In this document: piece after piece, positions 19,241 through 29,062 of the stretch
Position numbering within the stretch: the first letter of the stretch is position 1
Layout of the letters: every line of letters begins with the position of its first letter
IMG/VR virus record: IMGVR_UViG_3300043419_000690
Span: 1-61,766 of that record
Length of the DNA stretch: 61,766 bases
Reading direction: 5' to 3' (one strand)
Origin: a virus
Lineage: Duplodnaviria; Caudoviricetes
Translations under genes and position numbers: made by a program
The notes under the pieces: model-generated
The model's database searches: none
Told to the model about the DNA's origin: nothing
Seen by the model: only the letters and a program-made list of their open reading frames with translations

Positions 19241-19711
19241 ATGGCAAGCACAATCACAGCGGGTAATTCCACGAATTCAGGCACCAACATAGCTTCAGAC
19301 AATACCGGCATACTATCTGTTAAAACGGGTACGGGTTCAGGTACAGTTGTAGCTACATTTGGTACTAGCGGTCAGACATCGTTTATTGGTACAGCGTATG
19401 CACCTAACATTAATTTGACTGATGCAGCGACTATTGCTTGGGATACCTCACTAGGTCAAACAGCTACGTTTACTTTCGTGTCTTCTAATAGAACGATGGG
19501 CGCACCAACCAACTTGGTTAACGGTGGCTTTTATGCTTTGGCTGTGATTCAGAACGCTGGCAGCAACACATTGACATGGAACTCAGTCTTTAAGTGGACG
19601 GGCGGCGCAGCTCCTACATTATCTACTGCGGCAGGTGCAAGGGATTATTTTATATTTAGAAGTGACGGTACCAACCTCTATCAACAAGGTCAGTCTTTGG
19701 CGGTGGCGTAA
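19241..19711 (+). CDS. Fibre adaptor subunit, cassette 1
   Basis: C-terminal ~100 aa about 90% identical to 22669. Confidence 0.8.
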   Translation: MASTITAGNSTNSGTNIASDNTGILSVKTGTGSGTVVATFGTSGQTSFIGTAYAPNINLTDAATIAWDTSLGQTATFTFVSSNRTMGAPTNLVNGGFYALAVIQNAGSNTLTWNSVFKWTGGAAPTLSTAAGARDYFIFRSDGTNLYQQGQSLAVA

Positions 19712-22131
19712 TGACGATCACAATCGTAGGTGGGGGCAACCCATCAGGTCCAACATATCCATTACAGCGTAGTGTACGACTGCGTTCGAGTGCGTCTGCT
19801 TACTTTAATAGGACTCCAAGCGTTGCTGGAAACCAACAAAAATTTACTTGGAGTGGATGGGTTAAGTTAGGCGTTCTTGGTACAGAAATGATGTTCCTCG
19901 ATGCAGGTACTGGGAACACTACTGATTTTAGAATGAATATTGCCTCAACCGGTGTACTAAGCGTTGTTTCTTATAATGGCGCTGTTTACACTACAAGAGT
20001 AGAAACATCAGCGGTTCTCCGTGACCCGTCGTCTTGGTATCACATAGTATTTGCTATTGACACAACTCAAGCAACAGCATCAAACCGAGTTTTAATTTAT
20101 ATAAATGGTGTTTTGCAAACCGCATTATCGCAAACTACATATATGACGCAGAACTTTAGCACATATATAAATAGCGTTGTATCACATACTATTGGTCGTT
20201 ATGCTTGGGCGGCATCAGCTTATCTTGATGGTTACTTAGAAGAAATTAACTTTATTGATGGGCAGCAATTAACGCCTACATCGTTCGGTGCATATAACAG
20301 CTATGGTGTGTGGAGTCCTGCAAAGTACACTGGTACATACGGTACTAACGGCTTCTATCTGAATTTCCAAGACAACAGCGCAGCTACAGCAGCAGCTATA
20401 GGCAAAGACTCTAGTGGTAACGGTAACAACTGGACACCTAATAATATCTCTGTAACTGCTGGTGTTACGTATGACTCGATGTTAGATGTTCCTACGTTGA
20501 CTAGTACTACTAATAGTAACTTCCCTGTACTAAATCCATTATTTAATACGGGCATACTTGGATACTTGCCATTAACAAATGGAAACTTAACAGCAACAGA
20601 GTCTTCTGGTTCCGCTGCATGGCGTTCACGATGGACAACAATGAGTATGCCATCTGGTGGTTGGTACGCTGAGTTTACTTTAACTTATACTGGGGCTACA
20701 CCAATAACAAATGGAACAGTAGCAATAGGTTTGCATGATGGTGGCAGTGCAATTTATGTTGGGCAAACTTCAACAACATACAGTTATTTTTCTAATGGTA
20801 CAAAATATAATAATGCTACTTCTACCGCATTTGGGGCTAGTTATGCAAGTGGCGATATAATTTCTGTGGCTTATGACCCAACAAACGGGAAAGTTTGGTT
20901 TGGTAAGAATGGTACTTGGCAAGCAAGTGGTGACCCCGCAGCGGGAACAAACCCAGCGTTTACTTCAGTCCCCACAAATTTATTTTTTGGTTGTTCTGCA
21001 TACTGGAACTCACCTGACGGCAATACTACACTTAATGCCAACTTTGGTCAGCGTCCATTCTCTTACACACCACCAACAGGATTTAAACGTCTAAACACAT
21101 ATAACTTACCTACGCCTACTATTCCTAATGGTGCTACACAGTTTGCTGCTACTACTTATACTGGTAATGGAGCAAACCCTCAAAACATTGCAAATACTGT
21201 TAATGGTGTGTCTTTCCAACCGGATTTTGTTTGGACAAAAATAAGAAGTACAACGGGCGATAACTTTTTAGCAGATGCTGTTCGTGGGGCAGCAAACATT
21301 TTAATTAGTAATACTACTGGCGCAGAAATAATTGGCACTGGTGGTATTCAAACATTTAACTCCAACGGTTTTGGGGTTAACGGAAATCAAAACACAAACG
21401 CAGCAACCTACGTAGGCTGGCAATGGAAAGCAAACGGCACCCCAGCGGTAGTAAATACAAGTGGCTCTATCCCATCAACGATCAGCGCTAACACAACAAG
21501 TGGATTTAGTATTGTTACTTATACAGGTGTTGGAAGTACTGGCACTATTGGTCATGGATTAGGTATTGCGCCAAAATTTATAATTACTAAATATAGAAAT
21601 GCTGTTAATGCTTGGTTATGTTACAGCGCATCTTTAGGTGCGGGTAGCCGTATTTATTTAAATCAAACAGATGCCGCCGGTGCTAGTGCAACAGTTTGGA
21701 ATAACACATCCCCGACATCTTCTGTATTTTCTGTGGGTGATGCAAACACAAATGCAAGTGGTGGCACTTACGTAGCCTACTGCTGGGCAGAGATACCGGG
21801 CTTTAGTAAGTTTGGATCGTACACTGGTAATGGTTCTGCTGACGGTACGTTTATATATTTAGGATTTAGACCTCGTCTGGTTATGACAAAACGAACGGAC
21901 GCTGCTAGTCAATGGTATTTAATGGATACAGCTCGTGATCTGTATAACTGCACGGCAAACATTTTATTCCCTAATCTTTCAAATGCTGAATCTTCAAATA
22001 CAGGTTTGATAGACGAACTTTCAAATGGTTTTAAGTTACGATCAACGAATACAGATGCAAACGCTAATGGCGGCACATATATTTATATGGCATTTGCAGA
22101 GAACCCCTTCAACTATAGCCTTGCGAGGTAA
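19711..22131 (+). CDS. LamG/ConA plus SPRY-like receptor-binding fibre, cassette 1
   Basis: FTWSGWVKLG, RDPSSWYHIV, FIDGQ, GWYAEF, NFGQRPF; paralog of 23094. Confidence 0.8.
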   Translation: MTITIVGGGNPSGPTYPLQRSVRLRSSASAYFNRTPSVAGNQQKFTWSGWVKLGVLGTEMMFLDAGTGNTTDFRMNIASTGVLSVVSYNGAVYTTRVETSAVLRDPSSWYHIVFAIDTTQATASNRVLIYINGVLQTALSQTTYMTQNFSTYINSVVSHTIGRYAWAASAYLDGYLEEINFIDGQQLTPTSFGAYNSYGVWSPAKYTGTYGTNGFYLNFQDNSAATAAAIGKDSSGNGNNWTPNNISVTAGVTYDSMLDVPTLTSTTNSNFPVLNPLFNTGILGYLPLTNGNLTATESSGSAAWRSRWTTMSMPSGGWYAEFTLTYTGATPITNGTVAIGLHDGGSAIYVGQTSTTYSYFSNGTKYNNATSTAFGASYASGDIISVAYDPTNGKVWFGKNGTWQASGDPAAGTNPAFTSVPTNLFFGCSAYWNSPDGNTTLNANFGQRPFSYTPPTGFKRLNTYNLPTPTIPNGATQFAATTYTGNGANPQNIANTVNGVSFQPDFVWTKIRSTTGDNFLADAVRGAANILISNTTGAEIIGTGGIQTFNSNGFGVNGNQNTNAATYVGWQWKANGTPAVVNTSGSIPSTISANTTSGFSIVTYTGVGSTGTIGHGLGIAPKFIITKYRNAVNAWLCYSASLGAGSRIYLNQTDAAGASATVWNNTSPTSSVFSVGDANTNASGGTYVAYCWAEIPGFSKFGSYTGNGSADGTFIYLGFRPRLVMTKRTDAASQWYLMDTARDLYNCTANILFPNLSNAESSNTGLIDELSNGFKLRSTNTDANANGGTYIYMAFAENPFNYSLAR

Positions 22132-22133
22132 TA

Positions 22134-22667
22134 ATGTTTGCAATAGTACAAAATGGAATAATTATGATGCTGGTGCAGCCCGGCGTAGCCTTTGAGTGGG
22201 ATGGTAATTTTTACCCCGCAAACTGGTGCAACGTCTCTACACCAGAAGAGAAAGCCTCTATCGGTATGGTTGATGTGGTTTACGGCACACAAGCTAATGA
22301 CCAATACTACTGGGTGTCTGAAGATGCTCCGGTTTATAACTCAGAAACTAACCAAGTAGATATTAACTTCACCAACACACCAAAAGATTTAGATGGTGTG
22401 AAGACCTCCTCAATACAGCAAGTTAATAGCACAGCGTATTCGATTCTCCTGCCGACCGATTGGATGGTAGTTAAAGCTGTTGAGACTAGCACCACAGTGC
22501 CTACTGACTGGAATACATGGAGAGAGTCTATTAGGACTACCGCAGCGACTGCTACGACTTCAATTAATAGCGCAACCGACGTAGACGCAGTGGCAACAGT
22601 TATGCAAAATATCGTCTGGCCTTTAGACCCAGATCAGGTAGCTGCTGAATTAGCACAAGGAGTTTGA
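22134..22667 (+). CDS. Tail fibre assembly chaperone-like protein, cassette 1
   Basis: YPANW, LLPTDWMVVK; related to 25563. Confidence 0.65.
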   Translation: MFAIVQNGIIMMLVQPGVAFEWDGNFYPANWCNVSTPEEKASIGMVDVVYGTQANDQYYWVSEDAPVYNSETNQVDINFTNTPKDLDGVKTSSIQQVNSTAYSILLPTDWMVVKAVETSTTVPTDWNTWRESIRTTAATATTSINSATDVDAVATVMQNIVWPLDPDQVAAELAQGV

Positions 22668-22668
22668 G

Positions 22669-23094
22669 ATGACTATCGGAGTAACAGCGAACAATGACGG
22701 CACCGGTTCAATGCAAATTGGTGGCACTACCTACATGAGTATTAACACATCTGGGCAGGCTGCATTTGTAAAGACTGGATACGGACCAAATCAAAACTTA
22801 ACGGATGCTGCTACGGTTGCATGGGACACTACTGCTGGTCAGGTAGCGACGTTCACGTTTGTATCATCTAACCGTACTATGGGTGCGCCGACTGGTTTAG
22901 TAAATGGTGCGTTCTATGCGTTAGCTGTAATACAAAATGCAGGTAGCAATACGTTGTCATGGAACTCGGTTTTCAAATGGGCAGGTGGTGTAGCGCCTAC
23001 GTTATCGACAGCAGCGGGTGCTAAAGACTATTTTGTTTTCCGGTCGGATGGCACTAACCTTTATCAACAGGGTCAATCACTAGCGGTGGCGTAA
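22669..23094 (+). CDS. Fibre adaptor subunit, cassette 2
   Basis: Paralog of 19241; both end YQQGQSLAVA. Confidence 0.8.
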   Translation: MTIGVTANNDGTGSMQIGGTTYMSINTSGQAAFVKTGYGPNQNLTDAATVAWDTTAGQVATFTFVSSNRTMGAPTGLVNGAFYALAVIQNAGSNTLSWNSVFKWAGGVAPTLSTAAGAKDYFVFRSDGTNLYQQGQSLAVA

Positions 23095-25559
23095 TGGCAG
23101 TCTTCTCAATGGCTGGATCAAATCCAGCGTTACCTACATACCCTCTACAACGCTCGGTAAGGTTGAGAGCTAGTGCGACTGCTTATTTTAGTAGGACACC
23201 TGCTAGTACAACAAACCGCAGAACATTTACATGGAGTGGATGGGTAAAACTTGGTGCTGTTGATACTGGAGAAAGAACTTTATTTGCATCTCGTGACGAT
23301 AATACTGCTGCGGGTAATTTTTTTACTATAGCTATTTGGCAAAACCAATTAAGGATTGTTGATTATGCTAGTGGGTATCGACTTAATTTAATACCAACAC
23401 AAGTACAAAGAGACCCAAGTTCGTGGTATCACATTTTAGTATCAGTAGATACAACTCAAGTAACTTCATCGGATAGAGCAAAAGTTTATGTAAATGGGGT
23501 TCAAGTTACTGCGTTTGGTACTGCAACGTATCCATCTCAAAACACTGATCTATACATGAATGTGGCAAGTCAACCACTGTCTCTTGGCGCAAGACCACAA
23601 GGATCAGGTCAGGTTTTTTATTTTGATGGCTACCTAACAGAAGTAAACTTCATCGACGGTCAGGCTTTAACCCCATCTAGCTTCGGTGCTTATAACTCTT
23701 ACGGCGTATGGAGTCCTGCGAAATATACAGGCACGTATGGCACTAACGGTTTCTACTTAAACTTCCAAGATAACTCTGCGCTGACTACTACGGCGAACAT
23801 AGGTATTGGTAAGGATAGCTCTGGTAATGGTAACTACTGGACGAGCAACAACATCTCTATTACAGCAGGGGTAACTTACGACTCTATGTTGGATGTTCCA
23901 ACAAATACAAGTACTACTAATGCTAACTATGCTGTAATGAATCCATTAATACCTTCTGCTTCTTCATTTATAACAAGCGGAAATTTAAACATTGCGGGAC
24001 TTGGTGTTACAAATCAAGTTCAAAGCACTTTTGCAGTAACTTCGGGAAAATGGTATTGGGAAATTGCTCTTACAAATGATGGCGCGTATGCAATAGTTGG
24101 AGTTTCTTCACAAGCAGACTTAACAAGCCCATATTATCCCGGTTCATCAAGTACTTCGTATGGTTATGATGGTTTAACTGGAAATAAATATAATAATGGT
24201 GCTGCTTCTGCATACGGCGCAACTTATGCAAGTAACAATATAATTTCTGTTGCATTAGATATGGACAACGGAAAAATATGGTTTGCAAAAGATGGTGTTT
24301 GGCAGGCAAGTGGTGATCCTGCCGCAGGCACAAATGCTGCTTTTACTACGCTTTCAAATACTGTTTCTACAGTTGCAAGTTATGGAAGAAGATCAGCAAC
24401 TGTTGCAAATCCTAGTGGGTCAATTAATTTTGGTCAACGTCCATTCACCTACACCCCTCCGACTGGATATAACAGGCTCTGCACATACAACCTGCCTGAC
24501 TCCATTGTGCCTGTGGGTGCGCAGTATATGGCAGCTACTACTTATACGGGTAATGGATCAACACAAGCGATAACGAATACAGTTAATGGTAAGTCGTTTC
24601 AGCCTGATCTGGTGTGGATTAAAGCTCGTTCTGTTGCTTACAACAATTACCTTGAAGATTCAGTACGTGGCGTTGGTAAAGATTTATCATCTAATCTAAC
24701 AGATGCTGAGGCAACATATAATCTTTTAACAGCGTTCAATAGCAATGGCTTTACTGCATTTACAAATGGCACTTATTTAGCATCTAATCAAAATGGCACA
24801 ACTTACGTTGCATGGCAATGGAGAGCATCAAATGCATCGGCTGTAACTAACACAGCAGGGACTATCACATCACAGGTAAGTGCAAACCAGACTGCTGGGT
24901 TTAGTATTGTGACGTATACGGGTACTGGAGTTAATAAAGCAACTGTGGGGCATAGTCTAGGCGTTTTCCCTTCTATGATAATTTTAAAGAATAGAAGTGC
25001 TGGGGTAGCGCTCTATGACGAATGGTGGGTTTGGACAGTAAATAACCCGGTTAATAGGGTATTAAAGTTAAACGCAACCGACGCTTTAATATCTACAACT
25101 GCGGTAATTGCTCCCGCATCTACGCCAAATACAAGCACTACATTTACAATTGGTGGCGATACTGGTGATGATGTAAACCTTTCAAACAAAAGCGGATCAA
25201 ATTATGTAGCTTACTGTTTTGCTCCAGTGCCGGGTTACTCTAAAGTAGGTAGTTATACAGGGAATGGAAGTGCGGATGGTCCATTTGTGTATTTAGGGTT
25301 TAGGCCAAGATTTATTTTGTTTAAGCCTACATCGGCAGGTAATTGGTTTATAAGGGATACGTCAAGGGATACTTATAACGCAGTTACATTGTCGCTATAT
25401 CCTAATTTATCAGATGCGGAATTTTCTGGTGCGGCACTTGATATTCTTTCTAATGGTTTTAAACCAAGATCAAGTGGTAGTGGTATTAACGGTTCTGGTG
25501 AAAATATTATTTACGCTGCATTTGCAGAAAATCCTTTCAAAAACGCTTTAGCGAGGTAA
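23094..25559 (+). CDS. LamG/ConA plus SPRY-like receptor-binding fibre, cassette 2
   Basis: Same conserved blocks as 19711; SGKWYWEI. Confidence 0.8.
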   Translation: MAVFSMAGSNPALPTYPLQRSVRLRASATAYFSRTPASTTNRRTFTWSGWVKLGAVDTGERTLFASRDDNTAAGNFFTIAIWQNQLRIVDYASGYRLNLIPTQVQRDPSSWYHILVSVDTTQVTSSDRAKVYVNGVQVTAFGTATYPSQNTDLYMNVASQPLSLGARPQGSGQVFYFDGYLTEVNFIDGQALTPSSFGAYNSYGVWSPAKYTGTYGTNGFYLNFQDNSALTTTANIGIGKDSSGNGNYWTSNNISITAGVTYDSMLDVPTNTSTTNANYAVMNPLIPSASSFITSGNLNIAGLGVTNQVQSTFAVTSGKWYWEIALTNDGAYAIVGVSSQADLTSPYYPGSSSTSYGYDGLTGNKYNNGAASAYGATYASNNIISVALDMDNGKIWFAKDGVWQASGDPAAGTNAAFTTLSNTVSTVASYGRRSATVANPSGSINFGQRPFTYTPPTGYNRLCTYNLPDSIVPVGAQYMAATTYTGNGSTQAITNTVNGKSFQPDLVWIKARSVAYNNYLEDSVRGVGKDLSSNLTDAEATYNLLTAFNSNGFTAFTNGTYLASNQNGTTYVAWQWRASNASAVTNTAGTITSQVSANQTAGFSIVTYTGTGVNKATVGHSLGVFPSMIILKNRSAGVALYDEWWVWTVNNPVNRVLKLNATDALISTTAVIAPASTPNTSTTFTIGGDTGDDVNLSNKSGSNYVAYCFAPVPGYSKVGSYTGNGSADGPFVYLGFRPRFILFKPTSAGNWFIRDTSRDTYNAVTLSLYPNLSDAEFSGAALDILSNGFKPRSSGSGINGSGENIIYAAFAENPFKNALAR

Positions 25560-25562
25560 CAA

Positions 25563-25985
25563 ATGTTTTTACTCAATAATCAACTACTACAAATTGACAC
25601 AGCGTTCTCGCATAATGGTGTGAACTACCCACAGAATTGGTTACGTCTAGCAACGCCACAAGACAGAGCTGCGATTGGTATTACTGAAGCTGCTGAACCT
25701 GCTTGGTACGACGACAGATTCTACTGGGGCGTGGACAATCCTAAAGATTTGGATGGTTTGAAAACTCAATGGACTGAACAAGTTAAAGACACAGCATCTA
25801 AATTACTAGCGGCAACTGACTGGATGGTAATTCGCAAGGTAGAGAGAAACATAGACATCCCTGCTAAGACTGTGACTTACCGTGCTGCTGTACTAGCTGA
25901 GTGCGACCGATTAACTACTGCAATTGCAGCGGCATCGAATGTTGAAGACTTAATTACAGCAGTATCAAATCAATCATGGCAATAA
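25563..25985 (+). CDS. Tail fibre assembly chaperone-like protein, cassette 2
   Basis: YPQNW, LLAATDWMVIRK. Confidence 0.65.
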   Translation: MFLLNNQLLQIDTAFSHNGVNYPQNWLRLATPQDRAAIGITEAAEPAWYDDRFYWGVDNPKDLDGLKTQWTEQVKDTASKLLAATDWMVIRKVERNIDIPAKTVTYRAAVLAECDRLTTAIAAASNVEDLITAVSNQSWQ

Positions 25986-26911
25986 CATTAAACGGCACCA
26001 ACGGTATCGGTAACGCTACGTGGACTACGGGTACTAGACCTACCGGCGTAAGTGCTGGAACTATGGGGTATAACACTACTCTTAACTACCCAGAATACTA
26101 CGATGGAACTCAATGGTGGCAATTCAATACAGCTAGAACTTACTCTGCATCATATTTAATTGTTGCAGGTGGAGGTGGTGGTACTGGCGGCGGAGGTGGT
26201 GCTGGTGGTTTATTAACTGGTTCTACTACGTTAGCTGCTGGAGTTGTTTATTCAGTAGTTGTTGGCGCAGGTGGTGCTGGTGTTTCCTCTGGAACCGGTA
26301 ATAATGGCTCAGATTCTTCTGCAATTTCTTTGGTCGCTATTGGTGGCGGTCGAGGAGGTACTGATGCAAGCACTCCCGGTGTTGGTGGTAGCGGTGGGTC
26401 AGGTGGTGCAGCAGGTAAAAACTTAGCTATTACATCTAGTGTGGCAGGTGGGTCTGGTACTTCTGGTCAAGGAAATGCTGGCGGCGCAACGCTTGGTACT
26501 ACAAATAGTCCGGCAGGTGGGGGTGGTGGAGCTGGTGCTGTTGGAGCTGCATCGACTGCTGGAGTTGGTGGTAACGGTGGAGTTGGATCAGCCAATACTA
26601 TTACTGGATCATCTGTATTTTATGCAGGTGGGGGCGGTGGAGCTACCTATGCAGGAACTGCTGGCACAGGCGGCAATGGTGGAGGTGGCAATGGTGGATT
26701 AAATACATCTGGAACTGCTGGAACTGCAAATAGAGGCGGCGGTGGAGGTGGAGGTAGTGCTGGTACTGGGGGTAATGGCGGGTCTGGAGTTGTAATTATT
26801 TCAGTCCCTACTGTTAACTATACTGCCGTAACTACTGGTGCGCCTACTGTTACTACAAACGGAAGCAATACAGTATTAACATTTACTGCGTCTGGGAGTT
26901 ATACAGCATGA
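25976..26911 (+). CDS. Glycine-rich tail fibre protein
   Basis: YLIVAGGGGG...GGSGVVII, polyglycine-II-like pattern. Confidence 0.8.
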   Translation: MAITLNGTNGIGNATWTTGTRPTGVSAGTMGYNTTLNYPEYYDGTQWWQFNTARTYSASYLIVAGGGGGTGGGGGAGGLLTGSTTLAAGVVYSVVVGAGGAGVSSGTGNNGSDSSAISLVAIGGGRGGTDASTPGVGGSGGSGGAAGKNLAITSSVAGGSGTSGQGNAGGATLGTTNSPAGGGGGAGAVGAASTAGVGGNGGVGSANTITGSSVFYAGGGGGATYAGTAGTGGNGGGGNGGLNTSGTAGTANRGGGGGGGSAGTGGNGGSGVVIISVPTVNYTAVTTGAPTVTTNGSNTVLTFTASGSYTA

Positions 26912-27186
26912 GCCATTTTGCTAAAGTTTGCGACGGTAAAGTCGTTCAAGTTATCGTTGCCGAGCAGGAGTTCTTTGATACGTTTGTGGATTCATCTCCC
27001 GGTGAGTGGATACAGACTTCATACAATACTTATGGCGGTCAGCATCCAGAAGGTCGTCCATTACGTAAGAACTATGCAGGTATTGGGTTTACATACGATA
27101 AAGAGCGTGATGCGTTTATTCCGCCAAAGGAAGATGATAGTTGGGTATTAAATGAAGAGACATGTCAGTGGGAAGAACCTACATAG
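26908..27186 (+). CDS. Partner/chaperone of the Gly-rich fibre
   Basis: MSHFAKV...WIQTSYN...RKNYAGIGFTYD. Confidence 0.75.
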   Translation: MSHFAKVCDGKVVQVIVAEQEFFDTFVDSSPGEWIQTSYNTYGGQHPEGRPLRKNYAGIGFTYDKERDAFIPPKEDDSWVLNEETCQWEEPT

Positions 27187-27197
27187 AAAGATGAATC

Positions 27198-27818
27198 ATG
27201 ATCGACTTAATGGCAGTCGGTTTAGCTATACAAGGCGTAAAGCTTATAGTTAACACAGTTAAATCCGCTGCCGATGAGGCAAGGGAAGCAGTAGATAGTA
27301 TCCAAGAATGCGTTGATTCAGGAAAAAAACTAGGTGAGTCGCTTTCATCTGTGAAAAAGTTTTTCGCAGCGGCAGGAAAGTATGAAACAAATAGAGCAAA
27401 GTTAGAAGACGCAAAGAAAAAGCAAGATGAAGCAATAGCAAATGGTCAACCAGTAGAAGACCCAATCTCTGACGCTGAGTACGTGATGGACATGATGGCG
27501 GCGGACAGGGAGATTAAGCAATACTACGCCCAGATTAAACACTACATGATTTACCACTTTGATGAGAGTGGTATGTGGGATGAGTTCTGGGAGCGCATGA
27601 GTAAGCTGCGCCGTGAGCGTGAGGAAAAAGCAGCAGAAGCAAGACGCGCAGCCACAGAAGCAAGATTAGCAATAGCCGCTGAAAATATGCGTAAGAAACG
27701 AGCAAGACAAAAAGTCTTAAACGTGATCTATAACTGCGTTGGTGGGTTTGTAATCACGCTAATCATTGCAGGTTTTGCGTGGTTTATTAAATGGATGTTT
27801 GATCAGGGGGCGCAATGA
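27198..27818 (+). CDS. Coiled-coil protein with C-terminal TM helix
   Basis: Hydrophobic C-terminus; next to the lysis genes. Confidence 0.7.
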   Translation: MIDLMAVGLAIQGVKLIVNTVKSAADEAREAVDSIQECVDSGKKLGESLSSVKKFFAAAGKYETNRAKLEDAKKKQDEAIANGQPVEDPISDAEYVMDMMAADREIKQYYAQIKHYMIYHFDESGMWDEFWERMSKLRREREEKAAEARRAATEARLAIAAENMRKKRARQKVLNVIYNCVGGFVITLIIAGFAWFIKWMFDQGAQ

Positions 27819-28081
27819 ATTTTAAAATGGAAGACATATTAAAAGCACTTGTTCCAATGCTTGTTTCCGCAATCATCTGGCTGCTTAATCAAGTAGGTTC
27901 TTTTAATGAACGCCTAGTAAAGATAGAAGGGCAAATGCCAGCACTGATTACGCCGCAGGGTGTGCCAACAGATTCACCAGTATCTGCTGAACAAAGGCAT
28001 AGACTAAAAGAAGCTATTTATAACGACATCCACGACTTACAGGTCAGAATTAAACTTATGGAAGAAAGAGGCAAAAAATGA
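27815..28081 (+). CDS. Membrane-anchored hypothetical protein
   Basis: N-terminal TM helix; ATGA overlaps on both sides. Confidence 0.65.
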   Translation: MNFKMEDILKALVPMLVSAIIWLLNQVGSFNERLVKIEGQMPALITPQGVPTDSPVSAEQRHRLKEAIYNDIHDLQVRIKLMEERGKK

Positions 28082-28563
28082 TGACATTAATCTCAACCGC
28101 ACTATCATTTTTGATGGGTGGTTTACCAAAGTTACTAGACTTTTTCCAAGATAAATCTGACAAGAAGCATGAGCTGCAGTTGGCTCAAATGCAGATGGAT
28201 CAACAAATGCGTATGCAGGCTGCAGGTTTTCAGTCGCAAGAGCGCATAGAAGAGATCAAGACTCATCAGATAGAAATACAGACCGCGGGCCAAGAACGTG
28301 TCGCCTTGTACCAACATGACATAGCAATTGGTCAGGGCGCGTCTCAGTGGGTTATTAACCTAAGAGCTTCTGTACGTCCGGTAGTAACATATTTGTTTGT
28401 TGGTCTTTTAATAATGGTAGATATGGCTAGTATCTGGTGGGCATGGTCTACAGGTGTGCCGTTTATGGAAGCCATAGGTCAAGTGTTTGACACAGATGAG
28501 ATGCAGATTTTAGCGTCTATTATTGCGTTCTGGTTTGGTACACAAGCATTTAGCAAAAAATGA
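28078..28563 (+). CDS. Putative holin (3TM/GTA-holin-like)
   Basis: WVINLRASVRPVVTY and IIAFWFG; directly upstream of the lysozyme. Confidence 0.65.
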   Translation: MMTLISTALSFLMGGLPKLLDFFQDKSDKKHELQLAQMQMDQQMRMQAAGFQSQERIEEIKTHQIEIQTAGQERVALYQHDIAIGQGASQWVINLRASVRPVVTYLFVGLLIMVDMASIWWAWSTGVPFMEAIGQVFDTDEMQILASIIAFWFGTQAFSKK

Positions 28564-29060
28564 ACATATCAGATCGCTGCTTGTTATCAATTAAGCAAAA
28601 TGAAGGGATACGGGTAAAACCGTATCTTGATCATATTTTGCTTTGGACGACTGGCGTGGGCCATTTAATCGCTCCCCCAGAGCACATGAAAATGACACTT
28701 GCTGAACGCAAAGAAGCCAAGGCAAAAGGGCTATTAAAATGCCCTAAAGAGTGGGATAGGACTTTGACAATGGGGGAAGTCGATGAGATACTCAAAGCTG
28801 ATTTACGACGTTTTGAATCTGGTGTTTTACGTTATTGCCCCACTGGTCTTACTCAAGGGCGTTTTGACGGGCTTGTCTCTTTTTCCTTCAACTGCGGTCT
28901 TGGCTCCTTGCAGCGTTCAAGTATCAGAATGCGCCATAACAGGCAAGACTTTGAAGGAGCGGCAGAGGGTTTCTTGCTGTACACCAAAGCAAGCGGTATC
29001 GTAAACAAAGGACTAGTCCGCCGTCGCGGCGAAGAACGTGCAATGTATCTAGGTGGATAA
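28560..29060 (+). CDS. Endolysin, GH24 lysozyme
   Basis: E-x8-D-x5-T triad (NEGIRVKPYLDHILLWT), FDGLVSFSFNCG, GLVRRR. Confidence 0.92.
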   Translation: MNISDRCLLSIKQNEGIRVKPYLDHILLWTTGVGHLIAPPEHMKMTLAERKEAKAKGLLKCPKEWDRTLTMGEVDEILKADLRRFESGVLRYCPTGLTQGRFDGLVSFSFNCGLGSLQRSSIRMRHNRQDFEGAAEGFLLYTKASGIVNKGLVRRRGEERAMYLGG

Positions 29061-29062
29061 AA

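Noticed and set aside
19241-25985. Diversity-generating retroelement behind the duplicated fibre genes or the terminal repeat differences
   Set aside because: No reverse transcriptase, and the differences are synonymous and not adenine-specific.
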